From the NCBI GenBank assembly GCA_944363735.1, contig CALVVB010000002.1, positions 16,349-80,348 on the forward strand: 64,000 nucleotides of DNA, read 5' to 3'. Positions within the stretch are counted from its first letter, which is position 1; every line of letters starts with the position of its first letter. This DNA is from an uncultured Bacilli bacterium (GTDB lineage Bacteria > Bacillota_I > Bacilli_A > RF39 > UBA660). Under the pieces are notes generated by a model that was not told the DNA's origin, ran no database searches, and saw only the letters and a program-made list of their open reading frames with translations. Position numbers and translations under genes: made by a program. Positions 39,903 to 49,230 of this stretch are shown here, piece after piece.

Positions 39903-42668
39903 TCACATTTTATTTTTTTTTGCATCTTTCTTATCAAAAGGTAAATCACAAATTGCCTTTGATAATGTATTAATATTAGCATAACCATATTTTTCATCAG
40001 GTTCTAAATAAGTACCCTCAGCCCACTCATTCCAAGCATTAACAAAAATAAATCTATGCTCTTCATCATTTCTTCTTCTAGTTTCTCTTATAATTATTTT
40101 TAACCACTTATAATAACTTTCTAATGAATAATTATAATAAATAGTATAACCATCTGTCCTTCTTGCAGAATTATCCCATCCCATTGTTATAGAATAATAA
40201 AATGGTTTAAGTGGAAAATGTTCTTTATATAGATGTTCAATATCATCTACTATTTTTTTATAATTAAATATCTTAGGTGAACTTAAACCTGTTAATTTTG
40301 TAGCAGGATGCCCTACACCATGAGGTGGAAAATCAAAAGAAGCATCAGTATATTCAGTATATTTATAATTAGTATCAGCAAGTTCACATTTATCCATAAT
40401 ATAAAGCTCACCAATTCCCTCTTCAATAGCATATTCTCTCCACTTAGTTACTAATTCTTTAAAATTAGGAATAGCACTAGGATTATAAATCATTATTACT
40501 GGCTTTCCATCTATTTTGATATAACGATCATCTAAAAGATATTTTTTTATATCTTTTATAAATTTTCTATAATCATCTTTTTTATAATCTTGTTTAATTA
40601 GTACATCATCTTCAAGTCCATCCCAAGTTCTCGTCCAATTCTCATTAGCCCAACAAAAGAAAAAAGGAAAATCGATACTCTTATCTTTAAAAAACAAATC
40701 TATAGGTTTTTCCATTAATCTTTTACCAGAAAACCAATAATAATAGAAAATAAAACCATATATTTTATGTTCTTTCGCTAACTTAACTTGTTTTTTTATT
40801 GTTTCAACATTATCTAATGTATAGTAGCCAAAATCTTTATGAGGAGTTCTAGGTTGATAATGTCCCTCAAATCTAGGTTTAGCTTTCTTAGTATTAACCC
40901 ACTCTGTAAAACCTTTACCCCACCATAAATCATTTTCTTTAAAGGTATGATATTGTGGTAAATAAAAAGCCAAAGTTTTAATATCAGTATTATACTTAGA
41001 AAAATCAATATTATCTTGATAAGTACTTATATATGGTGCATATTCTTTATATGAATGAGTAATAACTTTAGGTTCTTCTTTTTCCTGCACATCATTCTTT
41101 GGTTCAACTATTTCTTTTTTCCCAATTGACTTTAACTTTCTAAGAGGACTAGTTAATTTCCAACTTGAACTATTAAGTACTTTATTTAATTCATCTTGAT
41201 AAAAATTTTTATTTTCCAACAAACACTTATTTTCATTTTTTAATAACTCATTACTATTATCTAACTCATTAATTTTTTTATTTAACTCTACAATAAGTTT
41301 TCTATAATCATATGAAGTCATTTTATAACTATTTATATCTTTCATTTTCTTTAATATTCCTTTTATAGTATTATCATAATTTTTATTTATTTTATTATCT
41401 TTATTAGAAAAAAGATTTGATTTATCAATATGTCTTTTTTCTAATATATAATCTAGCCTATCTTTTACATCTAAAGATAGAAGCTCTTGATAACTCATAT
41501 CTAAAGATTTTAAAATATATTCAAGATTTCTATTATATATTTCTATCGGATGAGGATTAGTTAATCTCCAACTTACATATTCAACATCTTGTGTTAATTC
41601 TTCCGGAGTAAACCACGCAAAGAGCAGAAAATTCAATTTCTTTACACTCATTACTTCTTCTTCTAAATAATCTAATGAACTTTCTTCACCAAAAGATGAA
41701 GGCATGCATGAAGAAAGAGAAATAATTGTTTTTCCTAAAAAAGCAGCTTCAAAAGAAACATTTGAAAGATCAGCAACAATACGTCTACACTTTAAAATCC
41801 AATCAAATGAAGTTGATGAATCATCCTTAATAAAACCTAACGTTGAAAGATCAACAGGCTCCTTAGGATGAGGACGAATACATATTTTATCAGGAGAAGC
41901 TAAATGACTAATCGCTTCTAATATATCACTCTGAGTCCATTTAGAATAAACAGTTGCAAAACAATCAGTAGCAACTCCCATACCATAACCAACCTCATAA
42001 AGTGGAGGGATATCTATATCATTCAAATAATGAATATTTTGTTTATCTACTAAGAGAGCAAAAAGTTCTTTTCTACTTAAACACAATACTTTTTCTGATT
42101 CACAAAATAAAGAATATTGCTCTTTTAAATTACTCGTATCATACTTATTCTGAAACTGAAAATAATTTAATAACCGATTATAAAATGGTGTTCTAATCGC
42201 ACTAGCTTCTTGATTAATCAAAGTAATATTATGCTTTTTTGCAATATAATCAATACTAGGCAAATAAGTCCATACCATAAATGCATCTATTTTTTCATAT
42301 TTAGATTCAAGATAATTAATCGCTTTTTCTAATATTTTCTCTAACTCTTTATCTCTTTCTTTAAGTAAATGAACCCATGCATCCACATTATTAGAATATT
42401 GTTCCAAAATTTTCTTCTTTTCTTCATCAGTAATAACATATTTTTTCAAATCATCAAAAGAATTGTCATTAATACCATAATAATCCATTACAATAGTAGC
42501 AGAATGTTTACATTCTCTATAATAAGAAGGCTTTTTAAAATATTCTTCAGTAGCAATAATAGGACTATCACCATCTAAAGAAAAACGAGCAAATTTATAG
42601 AAAACCCATAAATACGCTGGTTTCTCTTTAATATATTCTTCACTCTCAAAAATAATAGGTACAATCAC
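39903..42668 (-). CDS. large fusion protein: N-terminal GT-B-like (capsule KpsC/KpsS- or TagF-like) domain, coiled coil, C-terminal WbsX (GH99-like) domain
   Basis: 921 aa. The C-terminal part, LAFYLPQYHTFKENDLWWGKGFTEWVNTKKAKPRFEGHYQPRTPH...VNAWNEWAEGTYLEPD, matches the WbsX family. The N-terminal part has IRPHPKEP ... IVADLSNVSFEAAFLGKTIISL. The middle is helical (NELLKNENKCLLENKNFYQDELNK). Confidence 0.65.
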   Translation of the reverse strand: MIVPIIFESEEYIKEKPAYLWVFYKFARFSLDGDSPIIATEEYFKKPSYYRECKHSATIVMDYYGINDNSFDDLKKYVITDEEKKKILEQYSNNVDAWVHLLKERDKELEKILEKAINYLESKYEKIDAFMVWTYLPSIDYIAKKHNITLINQEASAIRTPFYNRLLNYFQFQNKYDTSNLKEQYSLFCESEKVLCLSRKELFALLVDKQNIHYLNDIDIPPLYEVGYGMGVATDCFATVYSKWTQSDILEAISHLASPDKICIRPHPKEPVDLSTLGFIKDDSSTSFDWILKCRRIVADLSNVSFEAAFLGKTIISLSSCMPSSFGEESSLDYLEEEVMSVKKLNFLLFAWFTPEELTQDVEYVSWRLTNPHPIEIYNRNLEYILKSLDMSYQELLSLDVKDRLDYILEKRHIDKSNLFSNKDNKINKNYDNTIKGILKKMKDINSYKMTSYDYRKLIVELNKKINELDNSNELLKNENKCLLENKNFYQDELNKVLNSSSWKLTSPLRKLKSIGKKEIVEPKNDVQEKEEPKVITHSYKEYAPYISTYQDNIDFSKYNTDIKTLAFYLPQYHTFKENDLWWGKGFTEWVNTKKAKPRFEGHYQPRTPHKDFGYYTLDNVETIKKQVKLAKEHKIYGFIFYYYWFSGKRLMEKPIDLFFKDKSIDFPFFFCWANENWTRTWDGLEDDVLIKQDYKKDDYRKFIKDIKKYLLDDRYIKIDGKPVIMIYNPSAIPNFKELVTKWREYAIEEGIGELYIMDKCELADTNYKYTEYTDASFDFPPHGVGHPATKLTGLSSPKIFNYKKIVDDIEHLYKEHFPLKPFYYSITMGWDNSARRTDGYTIYYNYSLESYYKWLKIIIRETRRRNDEEHRFIFVNAWNEWAEGTYLEPDEKYGYANINTLSKAICDLPFDKKDAKKNKM

Positions 42669-42701
42669 TTTATATACACCTCCACTTAAGAAATATCAAT
42701 T

Positions 42702-43451
42702 TTACCAATGATAACATGATAAATGTTTTTCTTTAACAATAGCACGAATATGTTCTAAATCTTTAGGGGTATCAACAGATAAACTTTCACTTTCTACTTC
42801 AACCATCTTTATTTTTTCACCATTTTCAAGAAAACGAATTTCATTAACATCCTCAACAATCTCATAAGGACCTTTTTTAGTACTAGCAAAAAAATCTAAA
42901 GCTTTTTTATTATATATTAATACACCAACATGCTTATAATAATCATAATCCATACTTCCCTTTGGATAAGGAATAGGACTTCTTGAAAAGAACATAGCAT
43001 AAGACAATTTATCAAATACAACCTTAATATTCGTAAAATCAACAGCTTCTACTGGATTTTTTATCTTAGTCATTAAATTAGCAACATAAACTTTGTTACT
43101 ATCTGGAAGAGACTCAGGAATTATCTTCTCAATCATTTTAGGATTAATTAAAGGTTCATCTCCATTAATAACAAGATATAAATCTGCCTTAACAGTTTCT
43201 GATACTTCCTGTACTCTTTCTGTGCTAGTAGGATGTGTATTTTTAGTTAATATAACTTTAATATTTTTCTCTTTACATACTTTTTCAATTCTCTCATCAT
43301 CTGTTGCAACATAAACATCATCAAGTCCTCTAACTTGTTTTACCTGACCATAAACCCACGCTACCATAGGCTCATCTTCAATTAATTCTAAAGGCTTACC
43401 TTTAAAGCGTGAAGATTGATAACGTGCTGGAATAACTGCCACTACTCTCAT
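42702..43451 (-). CDS. KdsB-family cytidylyltransferase (CMP-Kdo synthetase-like)
   Basis: MRVVAVIPARYQSSRFKGKPL...PMVAWVY...VATDDERI...INGDEPLI tracks the motifs of E. coli KdsB closely (from memory). Confidence 0.8.
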   Translation of the reverse strand: MRVVAVIPARYQSSRFKGKPLELIEDEPMVAWVYGQVKQVRGLDDVYVATDDERIEKVCKEKNIKVILTKNTHPTSTERVQEVSETVKADLYLVINGDEPLINPKMIEKIIPESLPDSNKVYVANLMTKIKNPVEAVDFTNIKVVFDKLSYAMFFSRSPIPYPKGSMDYDYYKHVGVLIYNKKALDFFASTKKGPYEIVEDVNEIRFLENGEKIKMVEVESESLSVDTPKDLEHIRAIVKEKHLSCYHW

Positions 43452-43465
43452 ACTTTCTCTTCCTC

Positions 43466-45073
43466 CTAATCAATATTTTTAGATGGGGTCAATGTTTTAA
43501 TTAACATCTTCTCTTGATATTTCTTTATATTTCTTTCCATCGTTGAATTTAAATTATCAATATAATTCTTATCAAGTAAATAAGCAATATCACTTTGATA
43601 AAAATTTTCTTCCATACAAGAAGTAAAACCATCAAAGCCTGCTAAAACAACATTTTTAACATTTGCATGACTTAAAATATTCAAACAAACTAATAGAGCT
43701 GAATCAGAAACTCCATCAAGTTTAGACAATGAATTTCTATAATCAAAAATAAGAGTGTTTTCATTATCTTCAATACTAATATTAGAAGTAATCATTTTAA
43801 TATCATCAGGAGTTAAATCATCACAAGATTCCTGATATCTTTTTCTATTACTATAAAACACTGCATTATGCTTATGTAGATTAGGATTATTAATAGTAAT
43901 AACGAAACAATTAGAATTATCTATATAATTATCCAACTGTTCTTGATAAGTTATAATACTCTTACCAGGACCAATCAAAATAACTTCTTTTTCTTTAACT
44001 AAATCAGATAACCTTTCATAAGAAGCATCATCTAAATATGTATGATCATTATAAATTTGATATAGTTCCTCAATATAAGCGAAATCATATTCTGTCTTTT
44101 TCTGTTCACTAATCATCTGAACAACTTTATGAATATCACTACTATTAAGCATTCTCTTATTTAATAAATATAAGATATATGATGGATGGCAAGCATAGAT
44201 AGCAGATAAATAATACGGTAAAGAATAACCCCAGGGATTTTCACTTTTAATTTTTTCTAAAATATTATCTGAAGCTTCTAATAATGGTGATAATGAATAA
44301 TTTTTTCCTTCTTTTTCATTTAAATAATTGGCAATAAGCTCAGTAGGTAAATTACCAGCTCCTCTTCCCATTCCATAAATAGAACTATCAATAACTATAT
44401 TTCTATCTTCAGAAGTATTTTCTATAAAAGCAAGAGCATTTGCAAAAGCCATTTGTAAATTATTATGTACATGAAATGCTAATTTAGTTTCAGCTTTTAA
44501 ATTTTCATCAAATAACTTTGATAAATAAATAACATCTTGTGGTGTCATTTGCCCAAAAGTATCTACAATTGCTAATCCTTCTAAATCAAGTTCTTCATTA
44601 CAAATACGAATCATTTCTCTAATCTCTTCTTCAGTATACCCCAATATAACTGTAGGTTGCAAAAACAAACGATATCCTTTTCTTCTAATTTCCTTAGCAT
44701 ATTCAATTGCCTTTGGTAAACTTTTCTTATGAAAAGACATTCTTAATATATTATCACTATTACTGCATAAAGGTAAATTTTCAATATTATATTTTTCCCC
44801 TAATAACATTAATGTATATTGATTTTCCTCAGTATTAGCAATTAAATTCTGTTCTTCTAACTCTTCCATTCTTCTATATTCAGTTCTATCAACAGAGTAT
44901 TCTTCTTTAGTATCCATTAAATAACCACATTCTATTAACTCAATCTTTGCCTCTTCTAGATAATTTATTAATTGTTTAATATCGTCATAACCAAACTCAT
45001 TATCATTAACATAGCCACCATCCCTTAAAGTACAATCTAATATCTCTATTTTTCTCATTTTAAACTTCCTCAC
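43466..45073 (-). CDS. HMGL-like (DRE-TIM) aldolase domain fused to a C-terminal Rossmann-like domain (DUF115/Maf/MptE-like)
   Basis: 535 aa. The N-terminus IEILDCTLRDGGYVNDNEF...LIECGY and HVHNNLQMAFANA are HMGL-like metal-binding motifs. The C-terminal VILIGPGKSI...VITINN...VVLAGFDGF resembles the GxGPS / GxD pattern of DUF115. Confidence 0.6.
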   Translation of the reverse strand: MRKFKMRKIEILDCTLRDGGYVNDNEFGYDDIKQLINYLEEAKIELIECGYLMDTKEEYSVDRTEYRRMEELEEQNLIANTEENQYTLMLLGEKYNIENLPLCSNSDNILRMSFHKKSLPKAIEYAKEIRRKGYRLFLQPTVILGYTEEEIREMIRICNEELDLEGLAIVDTFGQMTPQDVIYLSKLFDENLKAETKLAFHVHNNLQMAFANALAFIENTSEDRNIVIDSSIYGMGRGAGNLPTELIANYLNEKEGKNYSLSPLLEASDNILEKIKSENPWGYSLPYYLSAIYACHPSYILYLLNKRMLNSSDIHKVVQMISEQKKTEYDFAYIEELYQIYNDHTYLDDASYERLSDLVKEKEVILIGPGKSIITYQEQLDNYIDNSNCFVITINNPNLHKHNAVFYSNRKRYQESCDDLTPDDIKMITSNISIEDNENTLIFDYRNSLSKLDGVSDSALLVCLNILSHANVKNVVLAGFDGFTSCMEENFYQSDIAYLLDKNYIDNLNSTMERNIKKYQEKMLIKTLTPSKNID

Positions 45074-45078
45074 TACTT

Positions 45079-47316
45079 TTAATAATAAAATATATTTAAA
45101 TCAACATTACCAGTAATACCAGGGAGACTACCAGAAGAAGTATATTGCCATCCTCTATGTGGTAAAGTATATCCACAATCTCCGTTAGTATAATGTGCTA
45201 TCCAATCAACCATACTTCTTGTATTATCATTAAATCTTGTCATTGCATAATTTAAATAAGTATAAACTTTAGCATCATAACCTGCTGCTTTAAGACGATT
45301 AATATAATTATAAACCATCCCTTCATAAGCTTCCTTAGATATATCATCAGAACTTTCATTTTGACTTGGAATACTATAACTCTCAATATCATAATAAATT
45401 GGATAATCTGGACTAACATTATATCTATTAAGCATTTGAATCGTAGCATTAGCTTCAAAAATAGCTTCAGCAGGATTATGAGCATAACTATATAAATAAA
45501 CACCATAAGGAATATTTAAACGTTTTACATTACTTAAATATTCAGAAAATTTTATATCTTCATAACCATTATAACCAATTCTTAAAATAACTCCATCAAT
45601 TTCTCCAGAATTCCACAAAGTATCCCAATCAATATTTCCTTGATGATAAGATACATCTGCTAATCTTTTAAAGTTCTGTTCACGTAAAACTCCATCCTGA
45701 TTAAAGCGATACCAAACACCATGAATTTTTTGAACTCCAGTTGCCATACTACCATCATAATTGTAATAATATGTATTACCATTTATAGTTTGAAAACCAG
45801 TTTGAATAACACCGTTTTCATCAAATTTATAAACACGACCATCAATTGTCTGAATACCTGTTTGAATGATACCTTCTTGATTAGTATAATATATATATCC
45901 TGTTAATGAATGTACCCAACCAATTTGAATTTTTCCAGAAAGCTCACCTAAAAAATATCTTTGACCATCTATTGACGTAATACCTTTCAATATTTTTCCA
46001 TCTTGATCAGTATAGTAACGATCTCCCGTTAAGGCAGAGGTTACAAAGCCTACTTGAACTTTTCCTGTATACTCTCCTAAGAAGTAATCTTCCCCATCTA
46101 TTTCTGTAATTCCATATTGCTTTACACCCAAAATATAATAATAACGATCTAATCCTATATCATAAAATCCTTCAATTAAACTTCCATCTTCTAAAGTATT
46201 ATAAGTATTACCGTCATATTCAAATTCACCTTTATAAATTTTTCCATCTTCATCTGCATAATAATACTTATTATTTAAACTTGATTGAACAAATCCAGTC
46301 TGAATTTTTCCTGTATACTCTCCTAAAAAGTAATCTTCTCCATCTATCGGAGTAATACCTTTCAATATTTTTCCATCTTGATCAGTATAGTAACGATCTC
46401 CCGTTAAGGCAGAGGTTACAAAGCCTACTTGAACTTTTCCTGTATACTCTCCTAAGAAGTAATCTTCCCCATCTATTTCTGTAATTCCATATTGCTTTAC
46501 ACCCAAAATATAATAATAACGATCTAATCCTATATCATAAAATCCTTCAATTAAACTTCCATCTTCTAAAGTATTATAAGTATTACCGTCATATTCAAAT
46601 TCACCTTTATAAATTTTTCCATCTTCATCTGCATAATAATACTTATTATTTAAACTTGATTGAACAAATCCAGTCTGAATTTTTCCTGTATACTCTCCTA
46701 AAAAGTAATCTTCTCCATCTATTGGCGTAATACCTTTCAATATTTTTCCATCTTGATTAGTATAGTAACGATCTCCCGTTAATGAAGAAGTTACAAAACC
46801 TACTTGAACTTTTCCTGTATACTCTCCTAAGAAATAATCTTCTCCATCTATTTCTGTAATACCTTTAACTAATTTACCATCAGAATCAAAATAATAAGTC
46901 GCTCCATCAATAGAAACAAATCCCTTTTGTATTTTTCCATCCTGATTAGTATAATACACATCTCCTGTTAACGAAGAAGTTACAAAACCTACTTGAACCT
47001 TTCCTGTATACTCTCCTAAGAAATAGTCTTCTCCATCTATTGGAGTAATACCTTTCAATATTTTTCCATCTTGATCAGTATAATAACGATCTCCTGTTAA
47101 TGAAGAAGTTACAAAACCTATTTGAACTTTTCCTGTATACTCTCCTAAGAAGTAATCTTCTCCATCTATTTCTGTGATACCTTTTTGTATTATTCCGTCC
47201 TTATAATAATAAAGTGAACCATCTTCTTCAAAAAAACCAGTTTTACCTAAAGCATTAACATTTAAAAACACCAAACTAATTGCAACTAAAACAACAAAAA
47301 ATATCTTTTTTTTCAT
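45079..47316 (-). CDS. secreted cell-wall-binding-repeat protein with C-terminal GH25 muramidase
   Basis: 745 aa. Signal peptide and about 25 repeats of roughly 20 aa of the GxxYYxDxDGKxxKG type (CW_binding_1). The C-terminal ADVSYHQGNIDWDTLWNSGEIDGVILRIGYNG... is GH25-like. Confidence 0.85.
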   Translation of the reverse strand: MKKKIFFVVLVAISLVFLNVNALGKTGFFEEDGSLYYYKDGIIQKGITEIDGEDYFLGEYTGKVQIGFVTSSLTGDRYYTDQDGKILKGITPIDGEDYFLGEYTGKVQVGFVTSSLTGDVYYTNQDGKIQKGFVSIDGATYYFDSDGKLVKGITEIDGEDYFLGEYTGKVQVGFVTSSLTGDRYYTNQDGKILKGITPIDGEDYFLGEYTGKIQTGFVQSSLNNKYYYADEDGKIYKGEFEYDGNTYNTLEDGSLIEGFYDIGLDRYYYILGVKQYGITEIDGEDYFLGEYTGKVQVGFVTSALTGDRYYTDQDGKILKGITPIDGEDYFLGEYTGKIQTGFVQSSLNNKYYYADEDGKIYKGEFEYDGNTYNTLEDGSLIEGFYDIGLDRYYYILGVKQYGITEIDGEDYFLGEYTGKVQVGFVTSALTGDRYYTDQDGKILKGITSIDGQRYFLGELSGKIQIGWVHSLTGYIYYTNQEGIIQTGIQTIDGRVYKFDENGVIQTGFQTINGNTYYYNYDGSMATGVQKIHGVWYRFNQDGVLREQNFKRLADVSYHQGNIDWDTLWNSGEIDGVILRIGYNGYEDIKFSEYLSNVKRLNIPYGVYLYSYAHNPAEAIFEANATIQMLNRYNVSPDYPIYYDIESYSIPSQNESSDDISKEAYEGMVYNYINRLKAAGYDAKVYTYLNYAMTRFNDNTRSMVDWIAHYTNGDCGYTLPHRGWQYTSSGSLPGITGNVDLNIFYY
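45977..46726. repeat. tandem duplication, 2 x 375 bp, inside the CW-binding repeat region
   Basis: Read directly: 45977-46347 is base-for-base identical to 46352-46722 (offset 375 bp, 125 codons). Flanking repeat units are clearly more diverged. Confidence 0.9.
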
Positions 47317-47404
47317 ATCTTCCTCCTATAAATTAGATTATATCGTATTTATAATAAAAAATAAAGACAGTAAATCATTCTAAATATTTAACAAAACTTC
47401 TAAT

Positions 47405-48511
47405 TTAAGCTTCTTTCCTTTTTAAATTTTTAACCAAAAAGCCTATTAATTCTACAACTTTTTTTCTAAAATACTCAATAATAACAGATGAAATAAATAT
47501 TATGCAAGCTACCACAAAAATTTGTAATATTATCTCAAAAGGAGAATGTTTATCTACTAAAAAAGGAAATAGTTTATATATATAAGGTTTTAACAATTCA
47601 GACTCATGAATTAGATACACTCCAATCATTAAGGTAGATAAATTATTTATAAATTTGTTCTTAAAAGAGAAAGTACTAAAAAATAAGAAATATACACAGC
47701 TTTGTACAACAATAAGTGGAAAATCATAAGCAGCAGGATGCGTCTGAAAAATCGCTCCAATTTCAAATAAAATAGAACCTGGAATAGCAAAACTACAAAT
47801 ATATTTACCAAGATATAAAATAGTAAGCGAACCAAAAGCACAACCAAAAAATATTAATACCATTAACAATCTAAAATATTTAATACTCATATTTTTAAAA
47901 TGATAAGACTGTTTAAGTGGATACTTTCTAAAATAAGCCCCTATAAAATATAAAGTAATAAAATGATAAAGCGAAAATCCAAATGAAGTATTAAAAAATC
48001 CCTGATTAGTTAAATATGGTAAAAAGCAATTAATAAAAACTAAAGTTAATACTAATTTTTTTAATTCACCCTGACTAGAACGTTCAATAAACTTATTAAA
48101 AAACGGTGATAATATATACAATAAAATGTAATAATGAATAAACCAATGTTCATGCTCTAATGGCAGTATAAAAACATTATTAAGAATTTCTAAATTAGTT
48201 AAAGTAGTTAATGATAATGCCAATACAATAATAACAGCTACTATTCTATAAAACCATGATGTTGCAATTAAATTTAAAACTTTTTTTAAACGGAATTTTG
48301 AAGTAGATTGAAAATATCCTGTGACTAAAACAAAAGAGTTAACATGAACTACCAAAATTAATTTAATAATATCTAAAAATAAAGTAAGTGTATTATTCGC
48401 TTGACTTAAACCAACTCCACTTATAATAACATGCCACATTACTATCATAAACATAGAGATTATACGCATTAATTCAAAATTTGATTGTCTTAATTTTAAA
48501 GTTTTTTCCAT
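47405..48511 (-). CDS. acyltransferase family 3 membrane protein (polysaccharide O-acetyltransferase-like)
   Basis: About 10 TM helices. N-terminal FELMRIISMFMIVMWH is the typical acyl_transf_3 motif. ATG 48511 follows GGTGGGGGG. Confidence 0.8.
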   Translation of the reverse strand: MEKTLKLRQSNFELMRIISMFMIVMWHVIISGVGLSQANNTLTLFLDIIKLILVVHVNSFVLVTGYFQSTSKFRLKKVLNLIATSWFYRIVAVIIVLALSLTTLTNLEILNNVFILPLEHEHWFIHYYILLYILSPFFNKFIERSSQGELKKLVLTLVFINCFLPYLTNQGFFNTSFGFSLYHFITLYFIGAYFRKYPLKQSYHFKNMSIKYFRLLMVLIFFGCAFGSLTILYLGKYICSFAIPGSILFEIGAIFQTHPAAYDFPLIVVQSCVYFLFFSTFSFKNKFINNLSTLMIGVYLIHESELLKPYIYKLFPFLVDKHSPFEIILQIFVVACIIFISSVIIEYFRKKVVELIGFLVKNLKRKEA

Positions 48512-48575
48512 AATTCCCCCCACCTATAATAAAAATATAACATATAATTTCTATAAAATACAACAAAAAAAGACT

Positions 48576-49197
48576 TTATTTTAAATATTTTATTAAAGTA
48601 TTACTAACAAACTCATAACCTTCATCATTTAAATGAAGACTATCAACCATATAACCCTCATTCAAAAGGCAACCTTCGTCTACTAACAATTCATGGGTAT
48701 TAATAAAAGTTTTATCTTCCTCTTTAGCATATTCTTCTAGTTTCTTATTTATCTCATTAATATCATCATTATCTTTAAGTCCAACTTTTTTTATCAATTT
48801 CTTCATTAACTGAAGAAATACTTTCTAAATAGATTTCTACTTCTTTTCTATTTTCCTTAATTCCTCTTATAATTTTCTTTATATTATCAACTACTTCATC
48901 ACTACTTTTCTCATCTCTTAAAACATTATTATCTATTAAAAGAAAATCTTAGATTGATTATAGTAATATATTTTATTTTTCATATTACTTAATATATCAT
49001 CAGTAGTCTCCCCAGCAATACCACTATTAACAACTGGCATATCAGTAAAATACTTATCTAAGTCATAATTTTTTGTAATAGAATAACCTAAAAATAAATA
49101 GTTAGTATAATTATCTTTTTTTCTATTACAAAATTGTTTTTTATAATAATTTTTTTATTTTTTCTAGTCTTGTACTATGTTTTTTCTTTTTACTCAT
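48576..49197 (-). pseudogene. decayed SGNH/GDSL hydrolase paralog (of 52437-53240)
   Basis: Manual translation gives pieces in three frames: MSKKKKHSTRLEKIKK / NYTNYLFLGYSITKNYDLDKYF...VVNSGIAGETTDDIL...SKIFF / LIDNNVLRD... / ...DSLHLNDEGYEFVSNTLIKYLK. These parallel the intact paralog (YLFLGDSITELYNLDKYF...VVNSGISGNITEDIL...DGLHPNENGYEII). The catalytic GDS has become GYS, the TM segment is missing, and there are at least 3 frame disruptions. The 5' leader (caatatgagtata) is also shared. Confidence 0.8.
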
Positions 49198-49230
49198 CAA
49201 TATCCCCTCTTTACATCAATATGAGTATAG

